From: Desulfomonilia bacterium
GTDB lineage: Bacteria; Desulfobacterota; Desulfomonilia; UBA1062
Reading direction: 5' to 3'
NCBI GenBank assembly: GCA_963664325.2
Contig: CAXXDQ010000002.1
Coordinates: 192,001-256,000 of the forward strand
DNA: 64,000 nucleotides
The notes under the pieces are model-generated. The model saw only the letters and a program-made list of their open reading frames with translations, did no database searches and was not told where the DNA came from. Made by a program: the position numbers and the translations under genes. Shown in pieces: positions 9,333-20,544 of this stretch (position 1 is its first letter; the number at the start of each line of letters is the position of its first letter).

Positions 9333-10364
9333 TTACCAGGCCAGTCCGCCTGAAAACCTGACCTTTTTGTTTCCTTTGGTTATGGTTCCTATCGGATATG
9401 CCGGATGTCCATGGGCTTCAAGACGAGTTATCATTTCCCGAACCGAATCTGGAGAACAGACAACGGTCAGGCCGATGCCCATGTTGAACGTACGCAGCAT
9501 GTCGGCTTCGGACATGTTCCCTTCTTCTTTTATAACCCGGAATATCTCGGGCATGCGTATTAAACCAAGGTCTATGACTGCATCAAGGCCGGAGGGAAGT
9601 ATGCGGTTGAGATTGTCCTGAATGCCGCCGCCGGTTATATGAGCCAGTCCCATCAAGCCTTTATGATCAAAGAGGCCTTTTACTGCATTGTAATAACATA
9701 CATGGGGCAGCATGATTGTTTTAATGAACGTATTTCCGGACACGTCCCGGGTTTTGAGTTCGGGATTGTATTCCAGGAGTTTCCTGACAAGGGAATATCC
9801 GTTTGTATGAAGGCCGTTGGAGGCCACTCCGAGAACAATGCCCGCCTCTGTGATTTTTGAGCCGTCGATTATACTGTCTTTCTCAACCACTCCGATGGCG
9901 CTGGCGCTGAATATATAGGTTCCGTCGGCAATAACGCCGGGCTGAACGGATGTCTCGCCGCCGACAAGAACACACCCCTGTTCTCTGCAGGCTTTACTCA
10001 TATTTTGAACGAATGATGAAACCAGCCCCGCATCAACAGTTCCGCACACGATGCAGTCCTGAACATAGAGCGGTTCGGCACCCATTACGATGATGTCGTT
10101 AATGAGGTGGTTAACGAGGTCGTAAGCAATATCGGGTGTCCTGCCAAGCTCGTGCGCGATCTTCTGTTTCGAGCCGGGCTCCTCTGTTTTAAAAACAAGG
10201 ATTGGATGTTTGAGATTTGAAAACCGGCCTTCAAGAAGGCTGGCAAAGGCCCCCATGCGGTTTAATACCCTTTTGTCGCCGGAATTTACGCTGTCTGCGA
10301 TTTTTTCCTTGACGGCATCGGTTGCATTTATATCAACACCGGCTTTTTTATAGCTGAAGTTCAT
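9333..10364 (-). CDS. purM: AIR synthetase (PurM)-like protein, divergent motifs
   Basis: SYKKAGVDI, GAEPL, GGET, NGLHTNG, HITGGG, RTFNMG. Confidence 0.75.
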   Translation of the reverse strand: MNFSYKKAGVDINATDAVKEKIADSVNSGDKRVLNRMGAFASLLEGRFSNLKHPILVFKTEEPGSKQKIAHELGRTPDIAYDLVNHLINDIIVMGAEPLYVQDCIVCGTVDAGLVSSFVQNMSKACREQGCVLVGGETSVQPGVIADGTYIFSASAIGVVEKDSIIDGSKITEAGIVLGVASNGLHTNGYSLVRKLLEYNPELKTRDVSGNTFIKTIMLPHVCYYNAVKGLFDHKGLMGLAHITGGGIQDNLNRILPSGLDAVIDLGLIRMPEIFRVIKEEGNMSEADMLRTFNMGIGLTVVCSPDSVREMITRLEAHGHPAYPIGTITKGNKKVRFSGGLAW

Positions 10365-10469
10365 TTCACCCTCTCTCTGAAAACCGAACTGAACAAATTA
10401 TTTTCTGTTTTAATAAGACCTTTAACAGGAGTCTGATTCCATGAGCAGGCTTATACCGGATAAGCGTGC

Positions 10470-11108
10470 CTATTCAATCTCCCCCGGTTTAAGCCTTTTG
10501 AGAACCCTCAGCGACCCTGTCCCGGGAAGTTCATGGAAAAGCCCTGTTGCGGCGGCTATTTTGTATACCTCGTATGGGGCTTGTCCGCCGTCCTTGGGGT
10601 CTTCGAATATATCATGCATCAGGAGGTAACCGCCGGGCATGATGTGCGACGACCACGACCTGTAATCTGCAAGGGCGGATTCAAATGCATGCGAGCCGTC
10701 AATGAAAACCAGCGACAGGGGAGTTGCCCACATGCGTGCCGTTACAAGGGATGTAGACACTATGGGCACAACGGTTTCTTCAAGCGATGCCATTTCCAGA
10801 GATCTTCTCAGGAATCTGAAGGTATCCACCCGTCCGGTATTGTTGTCAAAGAGTTCCGGGTCATGATATTCCTGGCCGGGCTGCTGCTCTTCCGAGCCTC
10901 TGTGATGGTCTATCGTAAAAAGGATACCGGAGTTTTCTTTGCACCCAAGGCCGAGATAGAGAGCGGACTTGCCGCAATAGCTTCCAATCTCAAGGCAAGC
11001 TCCCAGACAGCTTGCCTCTTTTGCGATTTCGTAAAGTCTTTTCCCTTCTTCTTCAGGCATGAACCCCTTGACAGGCAATCCGGGAATATCTTCAATCTTC
11101 ATATCCAA
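10470..11108 (-). CDS. Methyltransf_24 class I methyltransferase, MeT1-like (1-O-methyltransferase of MMP)
   Basis: GFMP.EEG, EIGSYCGKS, DHHRGSEE.QPG.EYHDP, FIDGSH, HDIF.DP.DGGQAP, GSLRVL. Confidence 0.8.
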   Translation of the reverse strand: MDMKIEDIPGLPVKGFMPEEEGKRLYEIAKEASCLGACLEIGSYCGKSALYLGLGCKENSGILFTIDHHRGSEEQQPGQEYHDPELFDNNTGRVDTFRFLRRSLEMASLEETVVPIVSTSLVTARMWATPLSLVFIDGSHAFESALADYRSWSSHIMPGGYLLMHDIFEDPKDGGQAPYEVYKIAAATGLFHELPGTGSLRVLKRLKPGEIE

Positions 11109-11174
11109 CCTCTAAGCAACGGTAAAACCCAAAGTCAAGGGAAAAGCCTTTTGGAATTTCAGGAGGGGAATGAC

Positions 11175-11208
11175 CCCGCCTGAGCTGAGGCTGTTCCTCT
11201 CAGGCGGG
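11175..11208. other. GC-rich stem-loop just after the larE/peptide stop
   Basis: CCCGCCTGAG...CTCAGGCGGG perfect 10-bp inverted repeat; no clear U-tract. Confidence 0.55.
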
Positions 11209-11220
11209 ACGGAGTTCGTA

Positions 11221-11325
11221 TTATGCCTTCTTCTTTGAAGCGCAGGGTTTGGCCGATTTTACACATCCGGATTTTTTTGCTGCAGGTTTTGCAGCTTTGA
11301 CTGCAGGTTTTGAGCATTTCGCCAT
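11221..11325 (-). CDS. 34-aa Lys/Ala/Cys-rich peptide nested in-frame in the larE 3' end
   Basis: AAGGAGGTG (11340-11332) 6 nt before ATG; MAKCSKPAVKAAKPAAKKSGCVKSAKPCASKKKA. Confidence 0.6.
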   Translation of the reverse strand: MAKCSKPAVKAAKPAAKKSGCVKSAKPCASKKKA

Positions 11326-12147
11326 TTTATCCACCTCCTTGTTTTCATTGTAACCAGGACCGTCAAGCTGCCTGTTCATCTTTCCGCTTTTGAATCCTTC
11401 AATGTCCAGGCCGTAAAAAACGAATCCCGATTTATGAAGCATATCGGCAATAACCTTCCTGTTGTTTAATACAGAATCAAAATCATCGGTTTCGATCATG
11501 GAAATGCCCCCATGATAACATCTCAGACGGAGGCTGCCTTTGCAGAATTTTTTTATGAACGTCTCTGCCGTGTCAACCCTTCTGAGCGCTTCACTATCCA
11601 GGCGCATCCCGTAGGCGAACCTCGTGCACATGCAGGGTGAAGGCTCGCTGTTCCAGACAGAGAGGCCCAGCTTTTTTGCCGCCTGCCTCAATTCGGGTTT
11701 GGTCAATTCATGCTCAGCGAAAGGATGCCATATCCCATCCTCGTCTGCAGCCTTTATGCCGGGACGGTAATCCGAGAGGTCGTCAAAGTTTACTCCATCG
11801 GCGATAATTTCGAAGCCGGACCCGGAAAGGGCTTTCTTGACCGCCCTCTGCCTTAATTTGCGGCATATGTAGCATCTTTCGGGTGGATTTGATGAAAATA
11901 CTGCATCATCAAGTTCATCGAGTTTTATTGTGAGAAGCTTTATGCCGATTTCTCCGGCGACAGCAGCAACCTGTTCTTTTTCCCGGGCCGGGGTGACGGG
12001 CGAATCTATGTTGACTGCGATTGAATTTCCGGGCAGGGCCGTTTTTGCGATCAGGCAGAGAAGAGCACTGTCGAGGCCGCCTGAAAACATTACGCCCAAT
12101 CTTTTTTTCTTTTTTATCGAGCTGCCAAGTGCTTCAATTTTTGTCAT
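11221..12147 (-). CDS. larE: LarE ATP-dependent sulfur transferase (PP-loop)
   Basis: FSGGLDS, NPPERCYIC, DDLSDYRPG, SPCMCTR, GFKSGKMN. Confidence 0.85.
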   Translation of the reverse strand: MTKIEALGSSIKKKKRLGVMFSGGLDSALLCLIAKTALPGNSIAVNIDSPVTPAREKEQVAAVAGEIGIKLLTIKLDELDDAVFSSNPPERCYICRKLRQRAVKKALSGSGFEIIADGVNFDDLSDYRPGIKAADEDGIWHPFAEHELTKPELRQAAKKLGLSVWNSEPSPCMCTRFAYGMRLDSEALRRVDTAETFIKKFCKGSLRLRCYHGGISMIETDDFDSVLNNRKVIADMLHKSGFVFYGLDIEGFKSGKMNRQLDGPGYNENKEVDKMAKCSKPAVKAAKPAAKKSGCVKSAKPCASKKKA

Positions 12148-12892
12148 TTGAAGCGCGCCTTATGATTCTGAGTATCCTTATAGCTGCGGCGGATGCACCG
12201 ATGGTGTTGCCTATGTTGACTGTTACGACCCCGGGAGCGCAGGTCTGGAGCATGGATATCATGGCGCCGATTCCGCCGCCTCCGATCCCGTAGCCGACAG
12301 GAGTAGGTACTGCAATCACCGGCCTGTCGGTGACAGATGCAATAAGTGTAGGCAACGCACCTTCCATGCCTGCAAGGATTATAAGGACTTCGGCATCTTT
12401 CACATCGTTCAGGCTTATATAAGGGCGGTGAATCCCGGCGACTCCTGCATCAAAAAATGCAAGCGTCTTTGCGCCGGTTGCCTCCAGGACGAGTATGCAT
12501 TCCCTTGCAAACGGGATATCAGAGGTTCCTGCAGTGATGACGCCGACGGTGCCGAGGCTTTTATCTTCGGGCATGGCACCAACTGCCATCATCCTTCCCG
12601 CATTTTGAATCCCGGCTGAAGCAAACTTTGCCTCTATCGACGAGGTCTGCGTTTCCGAGACATTTGAGATGAGTATAGGCGATGATATTGACAGCATCCT
12701 TTCAACGATGGCCAGCACCTGCTCGGTTGTTTTTCCTTCCGCGAGCACAACCTCGGGGAAACCGAGTCTTTCCTGCCTGTGCATGTCCAGCATGAATTCT
12801 TCCCCGCGTTCGTAGAAAACTTTCATTATCATTTCTTTGGCCTGGGCATCATTAATCAACCCGGATTTGTATTGGTCCAATATTTCTTTCAT
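12134..12892 (-). CDS. larB: LarB nickel pincer cofactor carboxylase/hydrolase
   Basis: R.ERLGFPEV..AEGKT, AGTSD, DAGVAGIHR, AGMEGAL, PT.VGYG, VVTVNI. Confidence 0.9.
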   Translation of the reverse strand: MKEILDQYKSGLINDAQAKEMIMKVFYERGEEFMLDMHRQERLGFPEVVLAEGKTTEQVLAIVERMLSISSPILISNVSETQTSSIEAKFASAGIQNAGRMMAVGAMPEDKSLGTVGVITAGTSDIPFARECILVLEATGAKTLAFFDAGVAGIHRPYISLNDVKDAEVLIILAGMEGALPTLIASVTDRPVIAVPTPVGYGIGGGGIGAMISMLQTCAPGVVTVNIGNTIGASAAAIRILRIIRRASNDKN

Positions 12893-14070
12893 TTTTCATC
12901 ACCTGCATCTTTCATATGGGAGAAAAGTCTTTTCGCAACCTCGTCCCGCAGCCTCTGGACAGGGATTTTCAGTTCTTCTGAAAGTCTTTTCATATCCTTG
13001 TATTCAGGCTTTTGCCTGAGAGTCCCGTCAGGCGTGACGACCTCTTTTATCCTGATTTTCCCATATGCGGTATCGAGTGGGAATTCCCGCCTCTCAAGGG
13101 TTTTCCTCTCTGCGGGGAAATATCTTACGCCGATTGTAGTTGTATGCAAAAGTATGGCCGAACATACCGGATCAAGGCTGTCCATTCCCGAAAGCACGCG
13201 CAGGACATTTCCCGGACGCCCCTCTTTCATGATGCACGGGATAAGGCACATATCGATTGCCCCCGCCTCTCTTATTTTACCGGCAGCGGCATCCCAGTCT
13301 TCGGGGACCATGTCATCGATATCTGATTCGATGACATAGACCTGTTCGTCTTTTACGGAAGTTTCGCAGAGAATCGACCTGAACATATTGGGCCAGCGCG
13401 GGAATGTTTTTGTCCCGCAGCCGCAGCCTGAACCCTTTATTACAAAACCGGGAAAAGACTCCGGTATGGTGAGGGACTTGATTACTGCAGCACCGGTTGG
13501 CGTCACCAGTTCTCCGACGATTTCAGTCATCCTTGTCGGCAGGCCTTCCATGAGCAAGAGGGTTGCAGGCGCGGGAACAGGTATGGTGCCATGCCTGGAT
13601 TCAACAGTTCCAGTACTCAGGGGCAGCGGGGTTGCGTATATGGCATCAGGCCTGAACCAGTCTATTGCTGCTGCAATTCCGACGATGTCGAATATGGAAT
13701 CTAGGGCGCCTACCTCATGGAAATGAACATCGCCTTCAGGGACTTCATGAACTCTGGCTTCCGCAGACGCAAGCAGGCTGAATATGTTAAGAGCCCTTTC
13801 CTTAATTCCTTCAGCAATCCCTGAAGAGCTGATGATGTTCCGGATATCCGCCCACGGGCGTTCGGTCTCTTCATCACGAACATCGAAACCGAGTTTAAGG
13901 CAGGAGATGCCGTTCATTTTTCTATCCTCAAGACGAATAGCCGGCTTTCCAAGACCGAGAAGTTCCAGCGTATCCTGTATATGGCTGACCGGACAACCCA
14001 GCCCGATAAGGCTGGCGAGAATCATGTCGCCGCTTGCACCTCCGACCGGGTCAAATATAAGGAGTTTCAT
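12889..14070 (-). CDS. larC: LarC nickel insertase
   Basis: GASGDM, VHFHEVGALDS, HG.IPVPAPA, ELVTPTGAA, IDDM, TTIGVR, KPEY. Confidence 0.9.
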   Translation of the reverse strand: MKLLIFDPVGGASGDMILASLIGLGCPVSHIQDTLELLGLGKPAIRLEDRKMNGISCLKLGFDVRDEETERPWADIRNIISSSGIAEGIKERALNIFSLLASAEARVHEVPEGDVHFHEVGALDSIFDIVGIAAAIDWFRPDAIYATPLPLSTGTVESRHGTIPVPAPATLLLMEGLPTRMTEIVGELVTPTGAAVIKSLTIPESFPGFVIKGSGCGCGTKTFPRWPNMFRSILCETSVKDEQVYVIESDIDDMVPEDWDAAAGKIREAGAIDMCLIPCIMKEGRPGNVLRVLSGMDSLDPVCSAILLHTTTIGVRYFPAERKTLERREFPLDTAYGKIRIKEVVTPDGTLRQKPEYKDMKRLSEELKIPVQRLRDEVAKRLFSHMKDAGDEK

Positions 14071-14516
14071 TCTTTGAAAGATTCCTCTGCGCCATCAGCT
14101 TTCCCGATGGTGTCAGAAACAAGCATCCATACCCTGTCAAGAACGCCGTTTGCGAATGAGGGACATTTGGGTGAACCGAAGCGCTTTGCCAGCTCCACTC
14201 CTTCGTTTATCGCGACCTTGTACGGTATATCCTTTCTGATGGCCAGTTCATAAGTGGCTAGCCTCAGTATGTTGCGGTCGATACGGCTCATCCGGCTTAT
14301 CCTCCAGTTGGAAGTAGCCTTTTCTATCAGGGAATCGATGCCCTGAAGGTTATTAAGAACGCCTGCTACGAGGTCCTTTGCATAGGGTTTTACATATTCA
14401 TCTTCGATAAAGTGCACCAGAAAACTGTCCAGGGTCTCCTGCGTATGACGTCTGTTGACATCTGCCTGATAGAGATACTGCAAGGCAGCATCCCTGGCCC
14501 TGGACCTAACCTTCAT
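14067..14516 (-). CDS. nusB: Transcription antitermination factor NusB
   Basis: R.RAR..ALQ.LYQ, IDRNILR, INE.VELAK.FG, F.NGVLD. Confidence 0.95.
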   Translation of the reverse strand: MKVRSRARDAALQYLYQADVNRRHTQETLDSFLVHFIEDEYVKPYAKDLVAGVLNNLQGIDSLIEKATSNWRISRMSRIDRNILRLATYELAIRKDIPYKVAINEGVELAKRFGSPKCPSFANGVLDRVWMLVSDTIGKADGAEESFKE

Positions 14517-14531
14517 AAACCGGACTGCTGA

Positions 14532-14996
14532 TCAGACCTGTGAGTAAAGGTCCATCATTTCAAGAAGCGACATGGCGGCATCAAAACCCTTGTTGCCGGC
14601 TTTCGTTCCAGCACGCTCCACGGCCTGCTCAATTGTGTCCGTAGTGAGCACACCGAAAATCACCGGGACATTGACTTCCATTGAAACATGGGCGATGCCC
14701 TTGGAAACCTCAGCAGAGATATAATCGAAATGCGGGGTGGAACCCCTGATTACTGCACCCAGGCATATTACGCCGTCAACGGTCCCGCTTGATGCGACCT
14801 TTTTTGCCACCGGCGGGATTTCAAATGAGCCCGGCACGCGGTATATGGTTATGTCTTTTGAGTTTAGGCCGTGTCTTGCAAGCGCGTCGAGTGCCCCGTC
14901 TATAAGGCGGGCAGTGATGAATTCATTGAACCTGCTCGCTATTATTGCCACTTTACGGCCTGCACCCAGCAGTTTTCCTTCAACTGTCTTTGCCAT
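14532..14996 (-). CDS. ribH: 6,7-dimethyl-8-ribityllumazine synthase
   Basis: [34 protein letters not shown]. Confidence 0.97.
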   Translation of the reverse strand: MAKTVEGKLLGAGRKVAIIASRFNEFITARLIDGALDALARHGLNSKDITIYRVPGSFEIPPVAKKVASSGTVDGVICLGAVIRGSTPHFDYISAEVSKGIAHVSMEVNVPVIFGVLTTDTIEQAVERAGTKAGNKGFDAAMSLLEMMDLYSQV

Positions 14997-16198
14997 TAAA
15001 CCACCTCCAGTATATGACCCATCTTTTCTTTTTTTATCTTCAGATATTTTTTGTTCATATCGGTAGGGGGAATTTCTATGGGTACCCTGTCGACTATTTC
15101 CAGGCCATATCCCTCAAGCCCGATAATCTTTTTGGGGTTGTTGGTCATGAGCCTCATCTTTTTTACGCCGAGAGAAACCAGTATCTGGGCGCCGATACCG
15201 TAATCGCGCAGGTCCGGTGCGAACCCGAGTTCCACATTGGCTTCAACAGTATCCATGCCTTTTTCCTGAAGGTGGTACGCCCTAAGTTTGTTCAGAAGAC
15301 CAATGCCCCGGCCTTCCTGTCTCATGTATACAATAACACCTTTTCCTTCAGCCTCAATCATTTCCATGGCGGCCGTCAGCTGATCGCCGCAGTCGCATCT
15401 GAGCGAGCCAAGCACATCCCCGGTAAGACATTCGGAATGGACCCTTACAAGAACCGGCTCTTCAGGGGTGATCTTGCCTTTGAGAATTGCGAAATGGTCT
15501 TTATGGTCGATGTCATTTTCATATCCGACAAGCTCGAAATTACCGTAAATCGTAGGCATCTTCGCCCTTACGACCTCCCGCACCAGTATTTCATTGCGCA
15601 TGCGGTATGCAATGGTGTCCGCTATCGTGCATATCTTGAGGCCGAACTCCTTGGCAAAACCCTCCAGGTCCTTCCTTCTGGCCATGGTGCCGTCGTCCTT
15701 CATGACTTCGCATATGACTGCACCCGGCCTCAGCCCCCCCATACTGCACAGGTCGACAGAACCTTCAGTCTGCCCGGTCCTTACCAGAACGCCTCCTTCG
15801 CGGGCCCTGAGCGGGAATACGTGGCCCGGACTTACAATGTCCGAAGGTTTTGCGTTTTCTGCGATTGCCGCTTTTATTGTTGTCGCCCGGTCTGCCGCGG
15901 ATATGCCTGTAGTAACACCTTTGCTCGCCTCGATTGAGACGGTAAACCCCGTCCCGAAAGAACTCTTGTTGTTCTTGACCATGAGTTCAAGACCGAGCTG
16001 GTCAACTATCTTGTGATCAAGCGCGAGGCATATGAGACCTCTGCCGTGCTTAGCCATGAAATTAATGGCTTCCGGTGTAATGAACTCGGCTGCCATTGTA
16101 AGGTCGCCTTCATTCTCCCTGTCTTCGTCATCTACGAGAATTATCATGCGGCCGCTTTTTAATTCGGTTATCGCTTCTTCGATTGTACAGCTTGGCAT
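14996..16198 (-). CDS. ribBA: DHBP synthase / GTP cyclohydrolase II
   Basis: [40 protein letters not shown]. Confidence 0.97.
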   Translation of the reverse strand: MPSCTIEEAITELKSGRMIILVDDEDRENEGDLTMAAEFITPEAINFMAKHGRGLICLALDHKIVDQLGLELMVKNNKSSFGTGFTVSIEASKGVTTGISAADRATTIKAAIAENAKPSDIVSPGHVFPLRAREGGVLVRTGQTEGSVDLCSMGGLRPGAVICEVMKDDGTMARRKDLEGFAKEFGLKICTIADTIAYRMRNEILVREVVRAKMPTIYGNFELVGYENDIDHKDHFAILKGKITPEEPVLVRVHSECLTGDVLGSLRCDCGDQLTAAMEMIEAEGKGVIVYMRQEGRGIGLLNKLRAYHLQEKGMDTVEANVELGFAPDLRDYGIGAQILVSLGVKKMRLMTNNPKKIIGLEGYGLEIVDRVPIEIPPTDMNKKYLKIKKEKMGHILEVV

Positions 16199-16209
16199 TT
16201 TGTTATCCT

Positions 16210-16845
16210 TCAGATGAAACCGTTTTGCTTCAAGAGATCGCCCAGAGTTGCGCCGCCCTTGTTATCCATCATTCTTTGAACGTACTTGCCGATTATGTCA
16301 AATTCGAGGTTTACCCTATCACCTGAGGTTTTGAGTGTCAAGGAAGTGGATTCAAGCGTGTACGGTATGATGTTAAGCTCGAAAGCATCGCTTGAAATGC
16401 TGTTTACGGTGAGTGAAATGCCGTCAACAGCAATCGAGCCTTTTTCAATCACATATTTGGAATAGGCCCTGTCGAGCTCTATCCTCAATCGTATCGATTC
16501 GCCGGATGCGCTTTTTTCCCTGATGCGGGCGACGCAGTCGACATGACCCAGGACGATATGGCCTCCGAGCCTTGCTGACAGCGAAAGCGCGCGTTCGATA
16601 TTGACTTTAGAGCCGGTTTTCATTTTGCCCAAAGTCGAACGGGCGACGGTTTCCCCTGATGCAGTGGCGGTGAATCTCGAACCTGTAATTTTAGTGGCGG
16701 TCAGACATATGCCGTCGACAGCAATACTGTCCCCGACCGCATCGCTCTCAAGGTCAAGACCTGAATCTATTTCAAGTATAAAACCTGTGGCAGAAGGCCT
16801 CATGCTGACAACGGTTCCGACCGATTCGATAATTCCGGTAAACAT
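16210..16845 (-). CDS. ribE: Riboflavin synthase (alpha chain)
   Basis: MFTGII N-terminus, G.CLT, GGHIVLGHVD, KGSIAVDGISLT. Confidence 0.95.
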   Translation of the reverse strand: MFTGIIESVGTVVSMRPSATGFILEIDSGLDLESDAVGDSIAVDGICLTATKITGSRFTATASGETVARSTLGKMKTGSKVNIERALSLSARLGGHIVLGHVDCVARIREKSASGESIRLRIELDRAYSKYVIEKGSIAVDGISLTVNSISSDAFELNIIPYTLESTSLTLKTSGDRVNLEFDIIGKYVQRMMDNKGGATLGDLLKQNGFI

Positions 16846-16847
16846 AT

Positions 16848-17915
16848 CTATTCCTTTATATGGGCTTCGATCATGATATCACCACCGATTGTTTGAATAT
16901 CTTCTACCATAAGGCCAAGAGCATCATCAATGCTTGAAGTCGTACCCCATGAAACAAGCTGTATCCCGGAGCCGAGGATTTTTGGTGCAATGAAGAGAAT
17001 GATTTTATCTGCAGCCGATGTCTTAAGCAGGCTTGATATGACAGAGCTTCCGCCTTCGACCAGGACCGAATGAATGCCCATAGCGCCAAGGATTTTCAGG
17101 ATTTCATTCCAGTCGAATAAACCTTCATTATTTAATCCGGATCGGATAATTTTTGTCCCTGTATCTGTTATTTCAGGCCGGTCTTTATCCGACGCAGTGA
17201 TCACCATGCATTTTTCACCCAGACATTTCGAGCCGGCCAGGATTTCAAATTCCTTGTCTACTATGACGCGAAGCGGGTCACGGCCGCCGTCAATCCTGCA
17301 TGTAAGAAGCGGGTTGTCGGTAATGACCGTACCGATTCCCACAAGTACCGCATCCATGATGTTTCTCATTCCATGGACCCTTTTTCTGGATTCTTCGGAG
17401 CTTATCCATTTGGAGTTTCCGTTTGACGCCGCAATAAAGCCGTCAAGCGTAGTGGCCGCTTTTAAGGTCACGAAGGGTAGGCCTGTTTTCATCCATTTTG
17501 CATACCATTCAATAAGCTTGCCTGCCTCTTGACCGCATATACCGGATACTACCTCGATGCCTTGATTTTCAAGTGATTTGCCGCTGCGGCATGAAACGAC
17601 AGGGTTGGGGTCATCGACTGCGTATACAACCCGTTTTATTCCAGCCCTTATTATCGCCTCGGTGCAGGGCGGGGTTTTGCCGTGATGGCAGCAGGGTTCT
17701 AGGGTGACATACAGGGTGGCCCCGGCCGGGTCCTCCGAACATGAATTAAGTGCATGAATCTCGGCATGAGACATTCCGGCCCTTGGATGGAAACCCTCAC
17801 CGATAATCCGGCCGTCTTTTACAATGACAGCCCCTACCGGGGGATTTGGCGCAGTCCTTCCCAGGCCTTTATAACCAAGCTCTATGGCCCTGTTCATGTA
17901 TGTTGCTTCGTCCAT
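16848..17915 (-). CDS. ribD: Riboflavin deaminase/reductase
   Basis: PNPPVG, HAE, TLEPCCH.GKTPPC, VEGG. Confidence 0.95.
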   Translation of the reverse strand: MDEATYMNRAIELGYKGLGRTAPNPPVGAVIVKDGRIIGEGFHPRAGMSHAEIHALNSCSEDPAGATLYVTLEPCCHHGKTPPCTEAIIRAGIKRVVYAVDDPNPVVSCRSGKSLENQGIEVVSGICGQEAGKLIEWYAKWMKTGLPFVTLKAATTLDGFIAASNGNSKWISSEESRKRVHGMRNIMDAVLVGIGTVITDNPLLTCRIDGGRDPLRVIVDKEFEILAGSKCLGEKCMVITASDKDRPEITDTGTKIIRSGLNNEGLFDWNEILKILGAMGIHSVLVEGGSSVISSLLKTSAADKIILFIAPKILGSGIQLVSWGTTSSIDDALGLMVEDIQTIGGDIMIEAHIKE

Positions 17916-18166
17916 ATACCTGACCTTTATACCAGTTATTTTTATTATTCACTATTAACTGTATTAAGGCAGGTACTATATCCATGATTAAATCTCCACA
18001 GAGAAGAATTATAAACCATATTCAAAGACTTGCCTTTGGGAAAAATATTGGTTTGCCTGTTTTTTGATTTGCCTACTTGACTACAATTCTATATACGTTA
18101 CCTTGAGATATAATGCGTTTCAATTTTCAAGACATCGGTGCTTGCAGGGTTTTTCCTTTAAGATAG

Positions 18167-19936
<1,770 letters not shown>

Positions 19937-19944
<8 letters not shown>

Positions 19945-20260
19945 AATAAGGAAATCACATCAAAGGCGTGGAATGAAGAGAGAGGACAGGTTTGCAGTCG
20001 AGGTAGGAAAGAGAGAGGCGAGAAAGATCAAAAGCGAACTTGAGCCTGACCAGACCGTCTGGTTCGGGCTGGGAATGTTCGGGATTATCGGCTGGTCGGT
20101 CGCTATCCCCACCCTCATCGGTGTGGCTTTGGGCTTGTGGATAGACAACAGATGGCCTACTCAATATTCCTGGACTCTCATGCTTCTGGTGGCAGGTCTT
20201 TCGCTGGGCTGCCTTAACGCATGGTACTGGGTGAAAAAAGGGGGGATTACAAAAGAATGA
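19937..20260 (+). CDS. atpQ: N-ATPase AtpQ (AtpZ/gene1-like)
   Basis: WFGLGMFG.IGWSV..P, G.W.D, GC.NAW.WV. Confidence 0.85.
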
Positions 20261-20538
20261 ATCCTGTGATTTTGCTGCTGATGTCCTTTCTGGGCGGTGC
20301 TTTGCTCGGGGCGTTTTATTTCAACAGCCTTTGGAAAACGGTCAAGAAGGTGACCGATGAAGGCAAGCAGGGGATGTTCATGATAACCGGGTACTTCATC
20401 AGAACAGGTATCGTGCTTGCAGGTTTCTATATAATCATGTCCGGCAGCTGGCAGAGGATTGTTGCTGCGCTGGCAGGGTTCATTCTGGTGCGGGAAATAA
20501 TGAAGCGCGTTTTCGGCACACAAAGGGCGGCCTTATAA
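20257..20538 (+). CDS. atpR: N-ATPase AtpR membrane subunit
   Basis: ATGA overlap with atpQ; G..YF..LW.TV, three hydrophobic segments. Confidence 0.8.
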   Translation: MNPVILLLMSFLGGALLGAFYFNSLWKTVKKVTDEGKQGMFMITGYFIRTGIVLAGFYIIMSGSWQRIVAALAGFILVREIMKRVFGTQRAAL

Positions 20539-20544
20539 AATAAT

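Noticed and set aside
14945-15937. 330-aa plus-strand ORF (also 10533-11183, 12779-13339, 50828-51481, 56339-57067)
   Set aside because: Antisense shadows of well-supported genes, with no recognisable motifs.
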